A stretch of 63,059 nucleotides of DNA, filler included, from Octopus bimaculoides (Eukaryota): assembly GCF_001194135.2 (NCBI RefSeq). It is 7 parts of 7 records of this genome, joined end to end, with 100 filler letters (N's around TTAATTAATTAA, not from the genome) between each part and the next. Parts side by side here need not be neighbours in the genome. Positions count along the whole stretch, not along the records: positions 13,033 to 21,493 come from NC_068993.1; positions 21,594 to 35,691 come from NC_068990.1; 5 more parts are not named here. One strand, written 5' to 3'. Shown piece after piece: positions 13,102-25,279 of the stretch; within the stretch, counting starts at the first letter, position 1, and every line of letters begins with the position of its first letter. The notes under the pieces are model-generated. The model did not search any database, was not told the DNA's origin, and saw nothing but the letters and a program-made list of their open reading frames with translations. The position numbers were made by a program, and so were the translations under genes.

Positions 13102-13694
13102 TACCTTTTATAATATGCTATATTGACTTTCACATCTGTTACATTGACATGTATTCCTGTTTCTCTATATTAGTCTATCCCCTCTGTGCGATAAATCCTG
13201 GAGTAGCTTAAAGCGTAAAGCTATTAAAAGCATCCTACATTATAGGTTGTAGAAAGTATCTTCCTCTGAATGAAAGGCGAGGAAAACTACGACTATGTTT
13301 ACACATGGAGAGCTCCACACAATAGTGTGCGACTCTCCATGCATTATCGCTGTCGTCAGGCTCTAAATGAATGACATCCTAGATGGTGAGATTGTTTTTC
13401 TATGACAATTACAGGTATACAAACAGAAATATCATGTCTACTCTTGGGTATTTTGATCTAGCGACATATCCAGCATGTGGCAGCCGGTGGGTTAAAGAGC
13501 TGCACCGGTGCTGAACAGACATGCATTTTATGTTGAATAAAAGCGAGAAGATTGAAGTAAACTGCATTCACCATTGGCATATATCTCCATATTCCTCGGT
13601 CGGTATTGATTCCATGACATGATGACTGTGAGCTAGAAAATCTATCTAAACACTAGGCAACATCCGCAAACGCACAAACTTGCATATATATATA

Positions 13695-13727
<33 letters not shown>

Positions 13728-14401
13728 NNNNNNNNNNNNNNNNNNNNNNNNNNNNNNNNNNNNNNNNNNNNNNNNNNNNNNNNNNNNNNNNNNNNNNNNN
13801 NNNNNNNNNNNNNNNNNNNNNNNNNNNNNNNNNNNNNNNNNNNNNNNNNNNNNNNNNNNNNNNNNNNNNNNNNNNNNNNNNNNNNNNNNNNNNNNNNNNN
13901 NNNNNNNNNNNNNNNNNNNNNNNNNNNNNNNNNNNNNNNNNNNNNNNNNNNNNNNNNNNNNNNNNNNNNNNNNNNNNNNNNNNNNNNNNNNNNNNNNNNN
14001 NNNNNNNNNNNNNNNNNNNNNNNNNNNNNNNNNNNNNNNNNNNNNNNNNNNNNNNNNNNNNNNNNNNNNNNNNNNNNNNNNNNNNNNNNNNNNNNNNNNN
14101 NATATATATATATATACACAAATGCATATGGGGCGTGCCAGTTGATGTGTGTACGTACGCATGTATGTGTTTGTATGCAAAAACTGTGAAGTTTTAATTC
14201 AAGAAGAATCATAAATGCTCTTACATTTGGAGAATTATTAAAAAAAAAAAGCTTTACTGAATCGTTATATGGAAAATGTTGCAATAATTATTTGTTATTA
14301 AATATGAAAAATAGAAATCTTCCTCCTCCTCATCATCATTCTCATCATCGTCATCATCAACATCGTCACCGTTATTTTTATGATTCTTGCTGATATTGTT
14401 A

Positions 14402-14406
14402 TTATT

Positions 14407-14489
<83 letters not shown>

Positions 14490-14490
14490 T
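14402..14490. repeat. (CAT)n microsatellite within a mixed CAT/TAG/AAT block (~14320-14570)
   Basis: Direct reading. It is the source of the poly-D, poly-M and poly-S ORFs. Confidence 0.95.
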
Positions 14491-15176
14491 ATTATCACCT
14501 CCCATCATCATTATCATCATTTTTATTAGTTGTAGTAGTAGTAGTAGTAGTAGTAATAGTAGTAGTATTAACATATTTCTTTTTCATCACTATTGTATTT
14601 TATTTGTTGGTAAAGTTAAAGCTATCTCCAGCATCAGAATTGTTTTTATTAACGATTATCTGCACACTTATTAACATTATCAACAGCGTTATTCTGTCGA
14701 TTATTAATAATACTAATAAAAGACAAAACAGTGAATTTAGAATCAATAATAATAATAATACTAATAATAAGGATATAAATAGAATAAAACAAGCAGTTAA
14801 GGAACTTAAAGTTGATGCAGGAAAACATAAAGAACAAAGGATGAGAGTTAACTTGAAAATTAATAGTTCAATACAAGAGTAAAAGTTAAATATCAGATGA
14901 AAACGTCACAAAAAAATAAATGTATGGCGGCTGTTTATATATAATGTGCAGCATATGTGGGTATATCTTATATAGACAAACTTATTCGTGCAAGCGTATA
15001 CAAGAACGAAAGTACATGCGTATGTAATTAAATATGTATATATGTATGTGTGTGTGCGCGCGTGTGATTGTATGTGATTGTGTGTGCGTGAATAAATGAA
15101 TGTATTGATGTATGAATACACCAACTCACATATGATATATATGCACACATTTGCTTAAATATATTAGATACGTACA

Positions 15177-15207
<31 letters not shown>

Positions 15208-16006
15208 GTGTCGTGTGCGCTTACAAACAGATATATATATATATNNNNNNNNNNNNNNNNNNNNNNNNNNNNNNNNNNNNNNNNNNNNNNATACACGCTT
15301 GCATACATATATATGTATATTCAATTCACAAATGCAAATATGCATAATGTTTTGGTTGTTTCGTATTCTACATACGTATGTATCTTTTGGCAGCGACTTT
15401 GTGAGTCGAAAAAATTTACGTCTAGAGAAACGAATAGAAACAGAGAGCTTACATCCATATCAACCATAACAGAAATGGCAACCAAATATCTCAAAATACA
15501 CAACAACAACAACAGCAAGTACAATATCTCTAGAGTTCGGTGCAACAATAATGAAAATTCTAATACATTCTAATACAACTGTATCGCATTCGATCACAGG
15601 AAAAAAATGCAACAAAAACAATATAATCTCTTCCAGGAACAGCAAAAATAAAAATAACAACAGCAAAATCCCACAATGGCAATACCACCAGCACCACCAT
15701 CATTCTTATCATCATTATCATCGTCGTCATCATTCAGAGCATCATAGTCTTCATCATCGTCATCGTCACCCTCACCACTAACACAATCACCATCGTCGTC
15801 ATCGTCGCTAACAACAATACGAATACGTGTGACAATGAACGGGCTGTTATTAGAATGTCCAAGTGTACTCCTGCAATATGAGAATGTAACAGCTGCACTT
15901 CTGGTAGCAATTATATCTTATTTATTTCTCTTTTATCGTTCCCCAATTTATTTTCAGCTCAAATTAAACTTTTAGAAAATTCTTAAGAAGCATAAGTAAA
16001 ATTGTA

Positions 16007-16049
16007 ACAAATAATAATAATAATGGTAATAATAACAATAATAATAATG

Positions 16050-16118
<69 letters not shown>
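16007..16118. repeat. (AAT)n microsatellite
   Basis: Direct reading. Confidence 0.95.
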
Positions 16119-16363
16119 TTGATACATGTGTCAACATCTTACGCATAGAAACACGTTCACAGGCGTATACACGAACATATAAACTGTTTCTGTGTGATTC
16201 TACGTGGGTGAGTTTGTGTATGTTCTTATGCATATATGTGTTTCTATATTACAATGTGGGAAGAAAAGTGTGTAGTTAGAGGAATAATAAATGATACATT
16301 GGAGAAATGTACATCTGGAGCAACATATATACATGTGTGTGATTGTTTTGTTGAGTGCGTATT

Positions 16364-16432
<69 letters not shown>

Positions 16433-16939
16433 NNNNNNNNNNNNNNNNNNNNNNNNNNNNNNNNNNNNNNNNNNNNNNNNNNNNNNNNNNNNNNNNNNNN
16501 NNNNNNNNNNNNNNNNNNNNNNNNNNNNNNNNNNNNNNNNNNNNNNNNNNNNNNNNNNNNNNNNNNNNNNNNNNNNNNNNNNNNNNNNNNNNNNNNNNNN
16601 NNNNNNNNNNNNNNNNNNNNNNNNNNNNNNNNNNNNNNNNNNNNNNNNNNNNNNNNNNNNNNNNNNNNNNNNNNNNNNNNNNNNNNNNNNNNNNNNNNNN
16701 NNATATATTATATAAAGAGATAGATAAATGGAGAGAAAGATAATGGCGTAAATATACAAATAGAACCGCTTTGGATAGAGTACGCAGCTTTTACATATAT
16801 TTATATATATATATAAATTGAGGGAAAGCGAAGATTGAAAACATTCAGTCGATGAGTATTCATGTATAAACATATAGATATTTATATATTAACAGAACAA
16901 AATTACAGAACGTTAAAAAACACAGTAAATTAAGGGCGG

Positions 16940-17450
16940 AAGTGTCAGAGGTCCAACAGCCGTTTCTGGGGCTGGGACTTACTTCGTAATATCAAAAGAT
17001 GTAGTTTACACAAATATGGAACCAGGAGTGGAAGCATTAGGTATATCTGGCCACTTTTTTCAGGGTGGAGATATATATATCCAACCAAGCCTGGTGATGT
17101 CGATGTTAGAGCAGGAGATAAGTGCATACTTTCTAGCTAAGTTTAGGACCTTAATTATTATGAAAGGTGATATGGTAGCATAATGATTAGAAATGTCAAG
17201 CTGAAGGAAATGGATGTGTGGTTTATAAGAAAGGGAGTAGAAGCAGGTGAGGACATCACCGGTTCAATTCCAAAGTGGATGCTTTACCTTACTTCAAGAT
17301 TGAGATAGGTTTCGCTCGATTATGCCTTTGCTAATTCGACTCATGACTGATTTTGTGGGCAGATTAGTCTAATAGGTTTGGTGGGGAAATTGGATTTATG
17401 ATCCTTCAGGGTTAAATGGGGGGTGGTAGTTCGAAGTCTGAGATGCGTTT
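16940..17450 (-). mobile_element. Penelope-like element (PLE) reverse-transcriptase relic
   Basis: With one -1 frameshift it reads TLKDHKSNFPTKPIRLIC/PTKSVMSRISKGIIERNLSQS*SKVKHPLWN*TGDVLTCFYSLSYKPHIHFLQLDISNHYATISPFIIIKVLNLARKY. This resembles the PLE motifs TLKDHK.NF..KP.RLINP.KS..G.ISK and FDI..FYPSIS. Confidence 0.72.
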
Positions 17451-17649
17451 ACAATGAAGATTGTTAATGTTGGATATTGAAATCTCCACCCTGAACGAGA
17501 TCGAATCTACATAATGTTTAAATTAATTTGCATATTTGTGGGAACTACAACTGCCAATATTATGAAGTAATTCTGATATTTCAGAAACAAGTGCCAGACC
17601 TGTAACACCGCAACTTATTCCCTTAATTTTCCGTGTTCTGTGTAAATTT

Positions 17650-17990
17650 GATCGGTTCGATAAATTAAGTAGCAGTATCGTACTAGGGTCGATCTAAGTG
17701 ACTGGCTCCCTCCCCTCAAAATTCGGGGCCTTGTGCGTAGAGTAGAGCAGAATATGATATATTTGTATTAAGGCGGCGAGCTGGCAGTGTCGTTAGAACA
17801 CCGGATAAAATGCTTAAAGACAGTTTTCCCTCTACACGTTCTGAGTCCAAATTCCACCCACGTTGACTATGCATTTCTTTCTCTCAGGATCAATCAGATA
17901 AGTACTAGTAGAGCAGTAGAGGTCAATGTAATCAGCATACCCTTTTCCTAAATATTGCTGGCCATGTGCCAAAATTTGAAACCAATATCT
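17650..17990 (+). mobile_element. Two adjacent, decayed family-A SINE copies
   Basis: A 3' part (gtcgatctaagtgactggctcccctcccctcaaaattcggggccttgtg) followed by a diverged full copy starting aaggcggcgagctggcag. Confidence 0.7.
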
Positions 17991-18627
17991 TACACATTGA
18001 TATCGAAATTAAGACAAGCACCTGCATAAGTATTTTGCTCCACCGTACGTTTCTCTGCTGAAATAATTTTCAGTTGGATTGCTCATATGTGCGTCCAAAT
18101 TAGAATTTGACTACATCACACGTACACAAACTTACAAACAGAAACTTGTCTATTGAGACAAATCGCATTAGAAATGGATATTTTTTTCTCGAGCATTTAT
18201 TTACAAGTAACTGAACATTTTCATGTTTGGCTCGACTTTTCTTCTTTCATTCACAATTATTTTAACGATAAACTATTCAATTTTCTTTTTATTTAATTGA
18301 AACTGGTCTACTACATATCTGAAATTTCACAAAAAAATTACGTAGCAGTCTTTCAATTAATTTTAATGAAATAGACTATAAAATGAAGAAAGATAGAAAG
18401 GATTAAATTGAAGTGCCAGTGACCAGGTGTTGGTTTGTTAAAGTTGAATCTCACAAATTAAGATTCTGACTGAAATAACATTATCGATATCAAAATAGCA
18501 GAATTGAATCCTGTATAAAGTAATATACGCAATCTTTACAACATTGGAAATCACAGTGTGAGGAACCAGAATATTCAGTGACTTGCTATGTGTACCAGTA
18601 AATAGAAAAGAAATACATCATATATAC

Positions 18628-18674
<47 letters not shown>

Positions 18675-18725
18675 AATGAGATAAAGAGACCAATGGCATA
18701 AGTAAATTTATATTTTATGTAGAAA

Positions 18726-18774
18726 GTCTTACAGCTGTTTCAGGGAAAATTCAATGTATCCCTTCATCGGAGAC
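18726..18774 (-). ncRNA. Minimal type I hammerhead ribozyme motif (PLE pseudo-LTR type) with a U4C core change
   Basis: Minus strand GUCU-CCGAUGA-AGGGA(uacauugaauuu)UCCCU-GAA-ACAG CUGU-A-AGAC. Stem I is GUCU/AGAC, stem II is AGGGA/UCCCU, stem III is the palindrome ACAGCUGU, and the cleavage triplet is GUA. Confidence 0.78.
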
Positions 18775-21593
18775 GGTAATAGTAGAAGATAAAGATTATT
18801 ACATCTGTATGAGGAGATTTGCAGAAAGAAATGAGAGCGATGCGAAGAAAAAACAAAGAAGAAAAAGTACTTGGAGTATAGTTCCATTCCAACAGTAAAT
18901 ATCCATGTATAGAATCCGTGTGTGTATTTCCCAGTGATAATTATAGTTGCCTTGGTGGATATATACCATTTCGTATCCAGTTTACTCTGTGCGTTGTTTA
19001 CTTAAAGGATAGCCATTTCAATCTGCTAAAGCGAATCCTCGTTACAATGAAATTCCTTACACCTATGGCGTTGTTGTATTTCATTTTAAGTGATTCCATT
19101 GATTTATGTGAAATGACAAACAAATTATCATCAATTCCTAACTTGTCATATTTAAAAAAAACAAAACAAAGTGCTATAATTTTTAAACATGGTAGATTTT
19201 TGGCATATATATCTGATCGTGAAGTGACTGATTGTAACTGGAAATTATTGATCGGAGGTTAGTACGATAAGAAAGGAAAATGAACAGACAGTGACACGAT
19301 TGTTTTTATGTAATTACATATTTGCAATCACAGCCGTTCGAGCGTCGGTAAAATGTCTTGCGATATTTGTTCCATTAGCTTACTCTCCAAGTTTATAACC
19401 CATTTGCCTTTCATCTTTCCAGGATAGGTACAACAGTGTAGCAGTCAAATATTTATTGGGTAGTATTGATTCATGTGCAACAATAAAGAATTGTTCCATT
19501 TGTACATTAACTACTTTTTATAGTATCCCATGTTCTACAATTTTACAACTGTATTACGTCATCATTTTGTAAGGCAATTTTGGTTCCATGTTATGGTCTC
19601 ACTCGTTAAAAATGTGTACAGTTGTTAAATTCACACAGCTGTGATTCTCTTATTCTGAATTCGATCTTGTGATTTTGTTTATGACTGGCAGCATTTGTAA
19701 TTACACATATTACCCAGTTAACCCACCAAAGTGACAATATTGCAGAAAACATACCAGAAGGCAAGGAAACATTAATATGAAATAAAGCCTATGTTTGCAA
19801 AAAGCTTTGCAATAAAATACCGTCGTAAATCTCAGTAGAATATAATAGTGTTTTTGTGGTCAATATACAAACGACACGTGCAGCTTTGCAGCTTTTCATA
19901 TACTAATACCGAATGCAGTCTAATATGTTTCATAAGGTTTCCTATATATATATAAATATATAATTTAGGGAAAAAAACACAATTATTGAGTTCATCCATG
20001 AAAATCCACAGTCACATATAGAAAAATGTAATAAGTAAATACACTAAAAAGACATATACACACACATTTAGAATTACGTAAGCTAAGGATTCACAATTGC
20101 AATATCTTACAGAATAATTTGATTTCATAAAGCCCATTTACGATTCATGAAATTACTCTCCATATATGTTCTGGATTGATAAGTATTTACTAGTAACTGA
20201 TGTGGTAAATTGTTCCCATCAAGACCACTGGTAAATGGACAGAATGTTACATACAAGCTAACGTACTAACGGAGTGACAAGAAAAATTATAATATGACAT
20301 TAGAAATAAAAACAATATTTTAAAACGAATGAAGGAAAACAAGAAAGATAAAGAAGAACAATAATGAATAAGAATAAAAAGATATATCACAACACCAAAT
20401 AGAAAAATAAAGATATGATTCAGTTTTAAGAGATAAAATTTTGTTTTGACGAAAGACAATAACGTATTCTTTTACCATAGATTGACATCACGCAGATGAA
20501 AGAAAATATAATATAGCCAGTATAACAAATAATTTACAGAGACCAATAGAATCCGGTAACTCTCCAAGTAGACAAACACTTTAAAAAACAGGAATACAAA
20601 CATAGTCAAGTTAATTAAAGCAATGAGGTAGGCGTTGACGCTTCGTAAGCGCTGCAATCGGATAAGGTGTTAGGAAACTGTCATTATGCTAGATATATGA
20701 GGAAATTATGTGCATTGCAGCAGAAAAACAGAATAAAAAAGGTCTTGTTAGCAAATTATTTGTCTCGTTAGAGAATTGGCTGCAATACCTCGCAGTTAAA
20801 TTTTATTCTCAATCTCGGCAGTTTGAGTTCAAATCGTTCCGTAATCAACGATGCAATTATTAAAATTACTTTTACATTAATCTTTTTATTTATATTCTTT
20901 TATATTTTTATATTTTTACATCAGAAAGATGCCAATCCAGTATAGAGTGCATTTCCAAAACTATAAGCGCTTAAAAGGAATGCTATGTTTTAGCTGATGT
21001 CATTTTATTCAAACCCCGTTGTGGACTGTTTGTGTAGGGGCCTTCATCTACCGATCGATTTCACTATACAAGGTGGCCTTTTGGTGCTATAATGAAAATC
21101 TATTTATTTCAATCATTTAAATCAGATCTTCCGATTGAATGTCCCTCCCTACTTTTATTTCACTAGATTTTAGTGATATTGGAGGCAATGTAAAAGGTCA
21201 TGGTCCCTGCTTTTTGATTTTACTAAACATAGAAAATGGATATGATATTAACGCAAGTATATTTCGAGAAACTTAGAACCACAAAGAACTGTGCCATAAG
21301 CAAGGCCCTCAGAATAACATATTTATTACTAAACACATGTTTATTTAGTGTCTAGTAGAGAAAACATTTGCAATGGGTACTTTAAAAAAAAATACTCCTT
21401 GTAAAAATAGTTATTTTCTGTATTCCTTTTGGGAATATATTACTCGTAAGGGGCCATAGGCATTCTGATAAAGGTTATATCACTTAATGAATANNNNNNN
21501 NNNNNNNNNNNNNNNNNNNNNNNNNNNNNNNNNNNNNTTAATTAATTAANNNNNNNNNNNNNNNNNNNNNNNNNNNNNNNNNNNNNNNNNNNN

Positions 21594-21706
21594 TTTTAAA
21601 GAAGACTAAAAGAAAAAGATGTTTTATATGACACATTCTACCAGTGTTCCAAGTTTCAAAGTGTTTCGTTAATGAAAAATGTGGCCCCCGTTTTAAAAAA
21701 GATTCC
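21594..21706. mobile_element. One end of a second copy of the GG-ended MITE at 25280-25871 (remainder lost in a gap)
   Basis: Near-identical reverse complement of 25280-25392, ending cccccgttttaaaaaagattcc and followed by family-B SINE sequence. Confidence 0.85.
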
Positions 21707-21811
21707 GGGGAAGTAAACACCGGTTGTCAAGCGGTGGCGGGAGACAAACACATAGACAGACGCGCGCGCGCACACACACACACACACACAACACACATAT
21801 ATACATACATA

Positions 21812-21990
21812 TGAGGTGCATTCCGAAAGCACCCGGCAATATTTTTTCCCGCTATAACTAATGCTGCGTGGGCAAAATCCTTTCGATGAGAGCTGAAGCC
21901 ACCCTTCCTGCGCATGCGTGAACATTTTCAGGTCAGTTCCCGGCTGTTATGCTGAGTGGGTTGGTATTCAACAGAAAATAAAGAAATTCT
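21812..21990 (+). mobile_element. Probable 5' end of a mariner-type DNA transposon
   Basis: tgaggtgcattccgaaagcacccggcaatatttttt directly after TA resembles mariner TIRs. No matching right end was found. Confidence 0.4.
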
Positions 21991-22506
21991 CGAACACAGG
22001 TAGGCTATGAAAACAGCTTAGAAAATCGGATAAATACCCTTAGAAGACGGAAAAAAAGTTGCTAGCATGCCTCTACAGGGGAACAAACTTTGTGCCTCTC
22101 AAAGTCTGGATGTGCTCTCTGTACCATTTAGCTAGGCTTTAGTAGAAGCCACTTGATGAAGGTGCCGAGCAGTGGGACTGAACCTGAAACCACACAGTTG
22201 TAATGAGAGTTTCTTAACTCTACACCTAGACCTGCGCTACGTACTATGGTTCAAAACACGCCATAAATGCAATTTAACAAATTTTGGGAAGAGAATTGTT
22301 TATTTCATTTCTTAAAAAACTTTCTTTTATCGTATTTTAACTATCGTAAGACATCTATCGGCGTGACGATAATTGTCTCTATAAGGAAGTGATATGCGCT
22401 GTTGTGTGTTCTTTAGGGTTTGTTCTGTTTTAAGCTAAACCTAACTATGAAAATTTAGCATTTGCTGAGGTCTGCTTTCTTGGTTCAGTTTGAAATAGTA
22501 AAAGTC

Positions 22507-23040
22507 TGTGAAATGAAAATCGACCTGGGGAAGCAGCTGAAGTTTCTAGAAGTTGTCACCTCAACATCAAGGTGGGGTACAATGTTGGTCTCGGAAGCAT
22601 TCAAGTTCTCCGTTTCTTAAAACTACTGCGAGGAAGCAAATGAAAGTAAGAGAAAAAAATTTGCTAAGCTGGTGAAGTTATACAGAGCAATCGTTGACAA
22701 GCAAGGTGCGATCCCATCTAGGTGGGAAGCAGAGGGTTTGCCGGTCACTTGCTCTGCAGAGTTTACATGTTTGGCATCACAGGGGCCAGTAGGAAGAAAG
22801 CCATCAGGTAGGCTGTAGAGGCTGCAGAGATTGCTTTAAGGTAACTATGGATCAGGAGCTGCAAGCCCTGGAAAGAGCAGTGCTACCAGAGGTAGTGCTA
22901 ACTGAACACAAGCTGAGGGGCTTGATCAACTCCGGCTGGGTCGCCTAGGTGAAAGTGTCTGATGATGAAAACCCGAAACACCTAATGATCCTAGAAAACA
23001 TCCCTGATGATACTGTAACCAGGTGCATCGCAGAATAATG
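22507..23040 (+). mobile_element. HERO-clade RLE non-LTR retrotransposon 3' end (decayed ORF plus 3' UTR)
   Basis: EMKIDLGKQLKFLEVV...NYCEEANESKRKKFAKLV / EVGSRGFAGHLLCRVYMFGITGASRKKAIR*AVEAAEIALR*LWIRSCKPW, followed by a UTR containing ggctgggtcgcct.ggtga.agtgtctgatg..gaaaacccgaaacacc. Confidence 0.85.
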
Positions 23041-23679
23041 TATAGAAAACTAAGGAAATGACCACAGAGTTTAAAAAATCATTTCTTTAAAACAACGGTA
23101 GCAATTCCCTCTTCCTTAAAGACGTGGGTACTTTGTACCCTTGCAAGATTTATAAGATGTTCTTTATAGTTAACTTCACATTGGGTTATTTGACAGTTGG
23201 TTCTTCCAGAATATTGTTAATTTCAGTCTTGATTTTATTTTTGTTTCGTTTGTAGCTATAATTCTGGAGATAATTGATTTTAATAGATGTCATCATCATC
23301 ATTTTTCTGAAACAGATTTGGAAAATATTATATGTTGAATATTTCACCAGCATAATATCTAATAATCTTTCTCTTGATATATAAAGTATTTATTATATAT
23401 TTATTCATTACTGGCCTTTTGTAAGGCTATTGATACCTCTATCTGACCGTTTCATTGACTGCATACGGTGTATAACCAGATTGTAACACAATGTAAATAA
23501 TTGTATAGATGATGGGAAGATGCTGGAGAAATCTGTCATCAAAGAGACCAATACGAAATGAAAAATATTTCAGTTTCTAATGAATTAGGAATTCTTTAAT
23601 TTGCAGAAACGTCTGCTGAGTGGACCTAACAATATCATAACTGCTTTCTGAAATGTTATTTCAAAATTTGTTCAGCGGC

Positions 23680-23849
23680 TGTGTGATGAGAAGTTTGCTT
23701 TGCAATCACATGGTTCCGGAGTTCCGGGTTCAATTCCACCCCGTGGTACCTTGTGTGAGTGTCTTCTACTAAAGCCTCCGGTCGGTCAAATCCTAATAAT
23801 TGGATTTGTTCGACGGAACCTGAAAAGAAGCCCGTCGTGTGTGCGTGTG

Positions 23850-23891
<42 letters not shown>

Positions 23892-24085
23892 TAACTGCCG
23901 CTGACATCCGGTGTTGGCTTGTTTACGTCACCGTAACTTAGCGATTCGGCAAAAGATACAGATATTGTAAGTACCAGGCTTTAAGAGAATAAGTATTGTG
24001 GTTGATTTGTTCGACTAAAAACCCTTCAAGGCTGCGTCACGCCATGGCCGCAATCCAATAACTAAAACAAGTAAAAGTTGAAAGA
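23680..24085 (+). mobile_element. Full-length SINE family B with an internal (TG)n
   Basis: Head, CORE-like ggtaccttgtgtgagtgtcttctact, TG tract, and 3' part ending aaaacaagtaaaag. Confidence 0.85.
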
Positions 24086-24284
24086 TTAAAAGATAAAATA
24101 TAACTAACCATCACGATATCAAAAACATACCATACTCAGAGAGAGAGAGAGAGAGAGACAGAGAGAGAGACAGACAGACAGACAGGCAGACAGACAGACA
24201 GACAGAGACAGATAGACAGACAAACAGACAGAGGTGGGATGGCAGAAATTTTAGCAGTTAAATATAACACACTAATAGTCACAA

Positions 24285-24500
24285 CTGGTGCTTATTTTAT
24301 TAACTCAGAAAAGATGAAAGGTAAAGTCGACCTCGATGGAATTTGGACTCAGAACACAAAGAGGGATGAAATGCTGCTAAGCATTTTGTCCGGTGTGCTA
24401 ACGATTCTGCTAACTCACCGCCTCATTACCATATTTAATAATTTAGTTTAAGGCGGTTGGCTGGCAGAATCGTTAGCACGCCGGGCAAAATGCTTAGCAG
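24285..24500. mobile_element. Head-to-head family-A SINE pieces (minus 24285-24425, plus 24450-24500)
   Basis: gatgaaaggtaaagtcgacctcgatggaatttggactcagaac on the minus copy, then ggcggttggctggcagaatcgttagcacgccgggcaaaatgcttagc on the plus copy. Confidence 0.75.
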
Positions 24501-24704
24501 CATACAACGAATGTATACAACCGACAATCATATACGTTTCAGATACCTAGATCCTAACAAAAGCATAGAATTATGTTAAGCATAATTCTAACTATAGAAT
24601 TATGCTTAACATCTTATAAAAGGACAGGGGAACAGCAGAGTAGATGTGGAGTTAGACAAACATCGTCGATATTCTGAAAGAAGAAGACGTGAAACTTCAT
24701 AAGA

Positions 24705-24770
<66 letters not shown>

Positions 24771-25279
24771 TGCGAGGTTTACCAACTTGGACCCCAGTAA
24801 TTACAAACTGACCTGTAGTCATCGACGAATCTAATAGCGACGCCCTATCTTGATAAACTCAGACTAAGATGGTGGAAAGAAGTACAAAATTGGAACAAAT
24901 GACAGCAGTTAGGAAAGACTTACGTCCATGCAATGACAAGGAGATAATGTTTCGAACCAAAACTGAAGGAGAGATTGGCGTCCCTAATCCCTAAAATAAA
25001 CTTCTTTGTTAATTATTTAGGATCGGAAATCAATGCAGACATTTACAATTGTTGATTTTAGACAATCTCCATTCATCTCCTACTTGTTTCAGTCATTAGA
25101 CTGCAGCCATGCTGGGGCACCGCTTTCACGAATTTTTAGTCGAATGAATCGACCCCAGTACTTAATCTTTTGTTATGCCCAGTACTTATTGTATCGGTCT
25201 GTTTTGCCGAACCACTAAGTTACGGGGACGTAAACATACCAACAGCGGTAGTCAAGCGGTGGTGGGATACAAACAGACA

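Noticed and set aside
13300-13350. HGE codons on both strands as the neuroligin-type IHGES exon
   Set aside because: The flanking residues (AIMHGESHTIVW, MFTHGELHTIV) lack PVMV and the downstream G..YDGS.LA pattern. They arise from the hairpin symmetry.
18918-19262. 114-aa ORF (also 29145-29564, 139 aa, and 14604-14882)
   Set aside because: Non-ATG starts or low-complexity content, no recognisable domain, and lengths expected by chance.
22955-23015. Two CTGATGA motifs and a GAAAC in the HERO 3' UTR (hammerhead-, C/D-box- or SECIS-like)
   Set aside because: I could not assemble stems I and II around a hammerhead core, and there is no convincing C/D terminal stem or SECIS geometry. I treat it as a structured UTR only.
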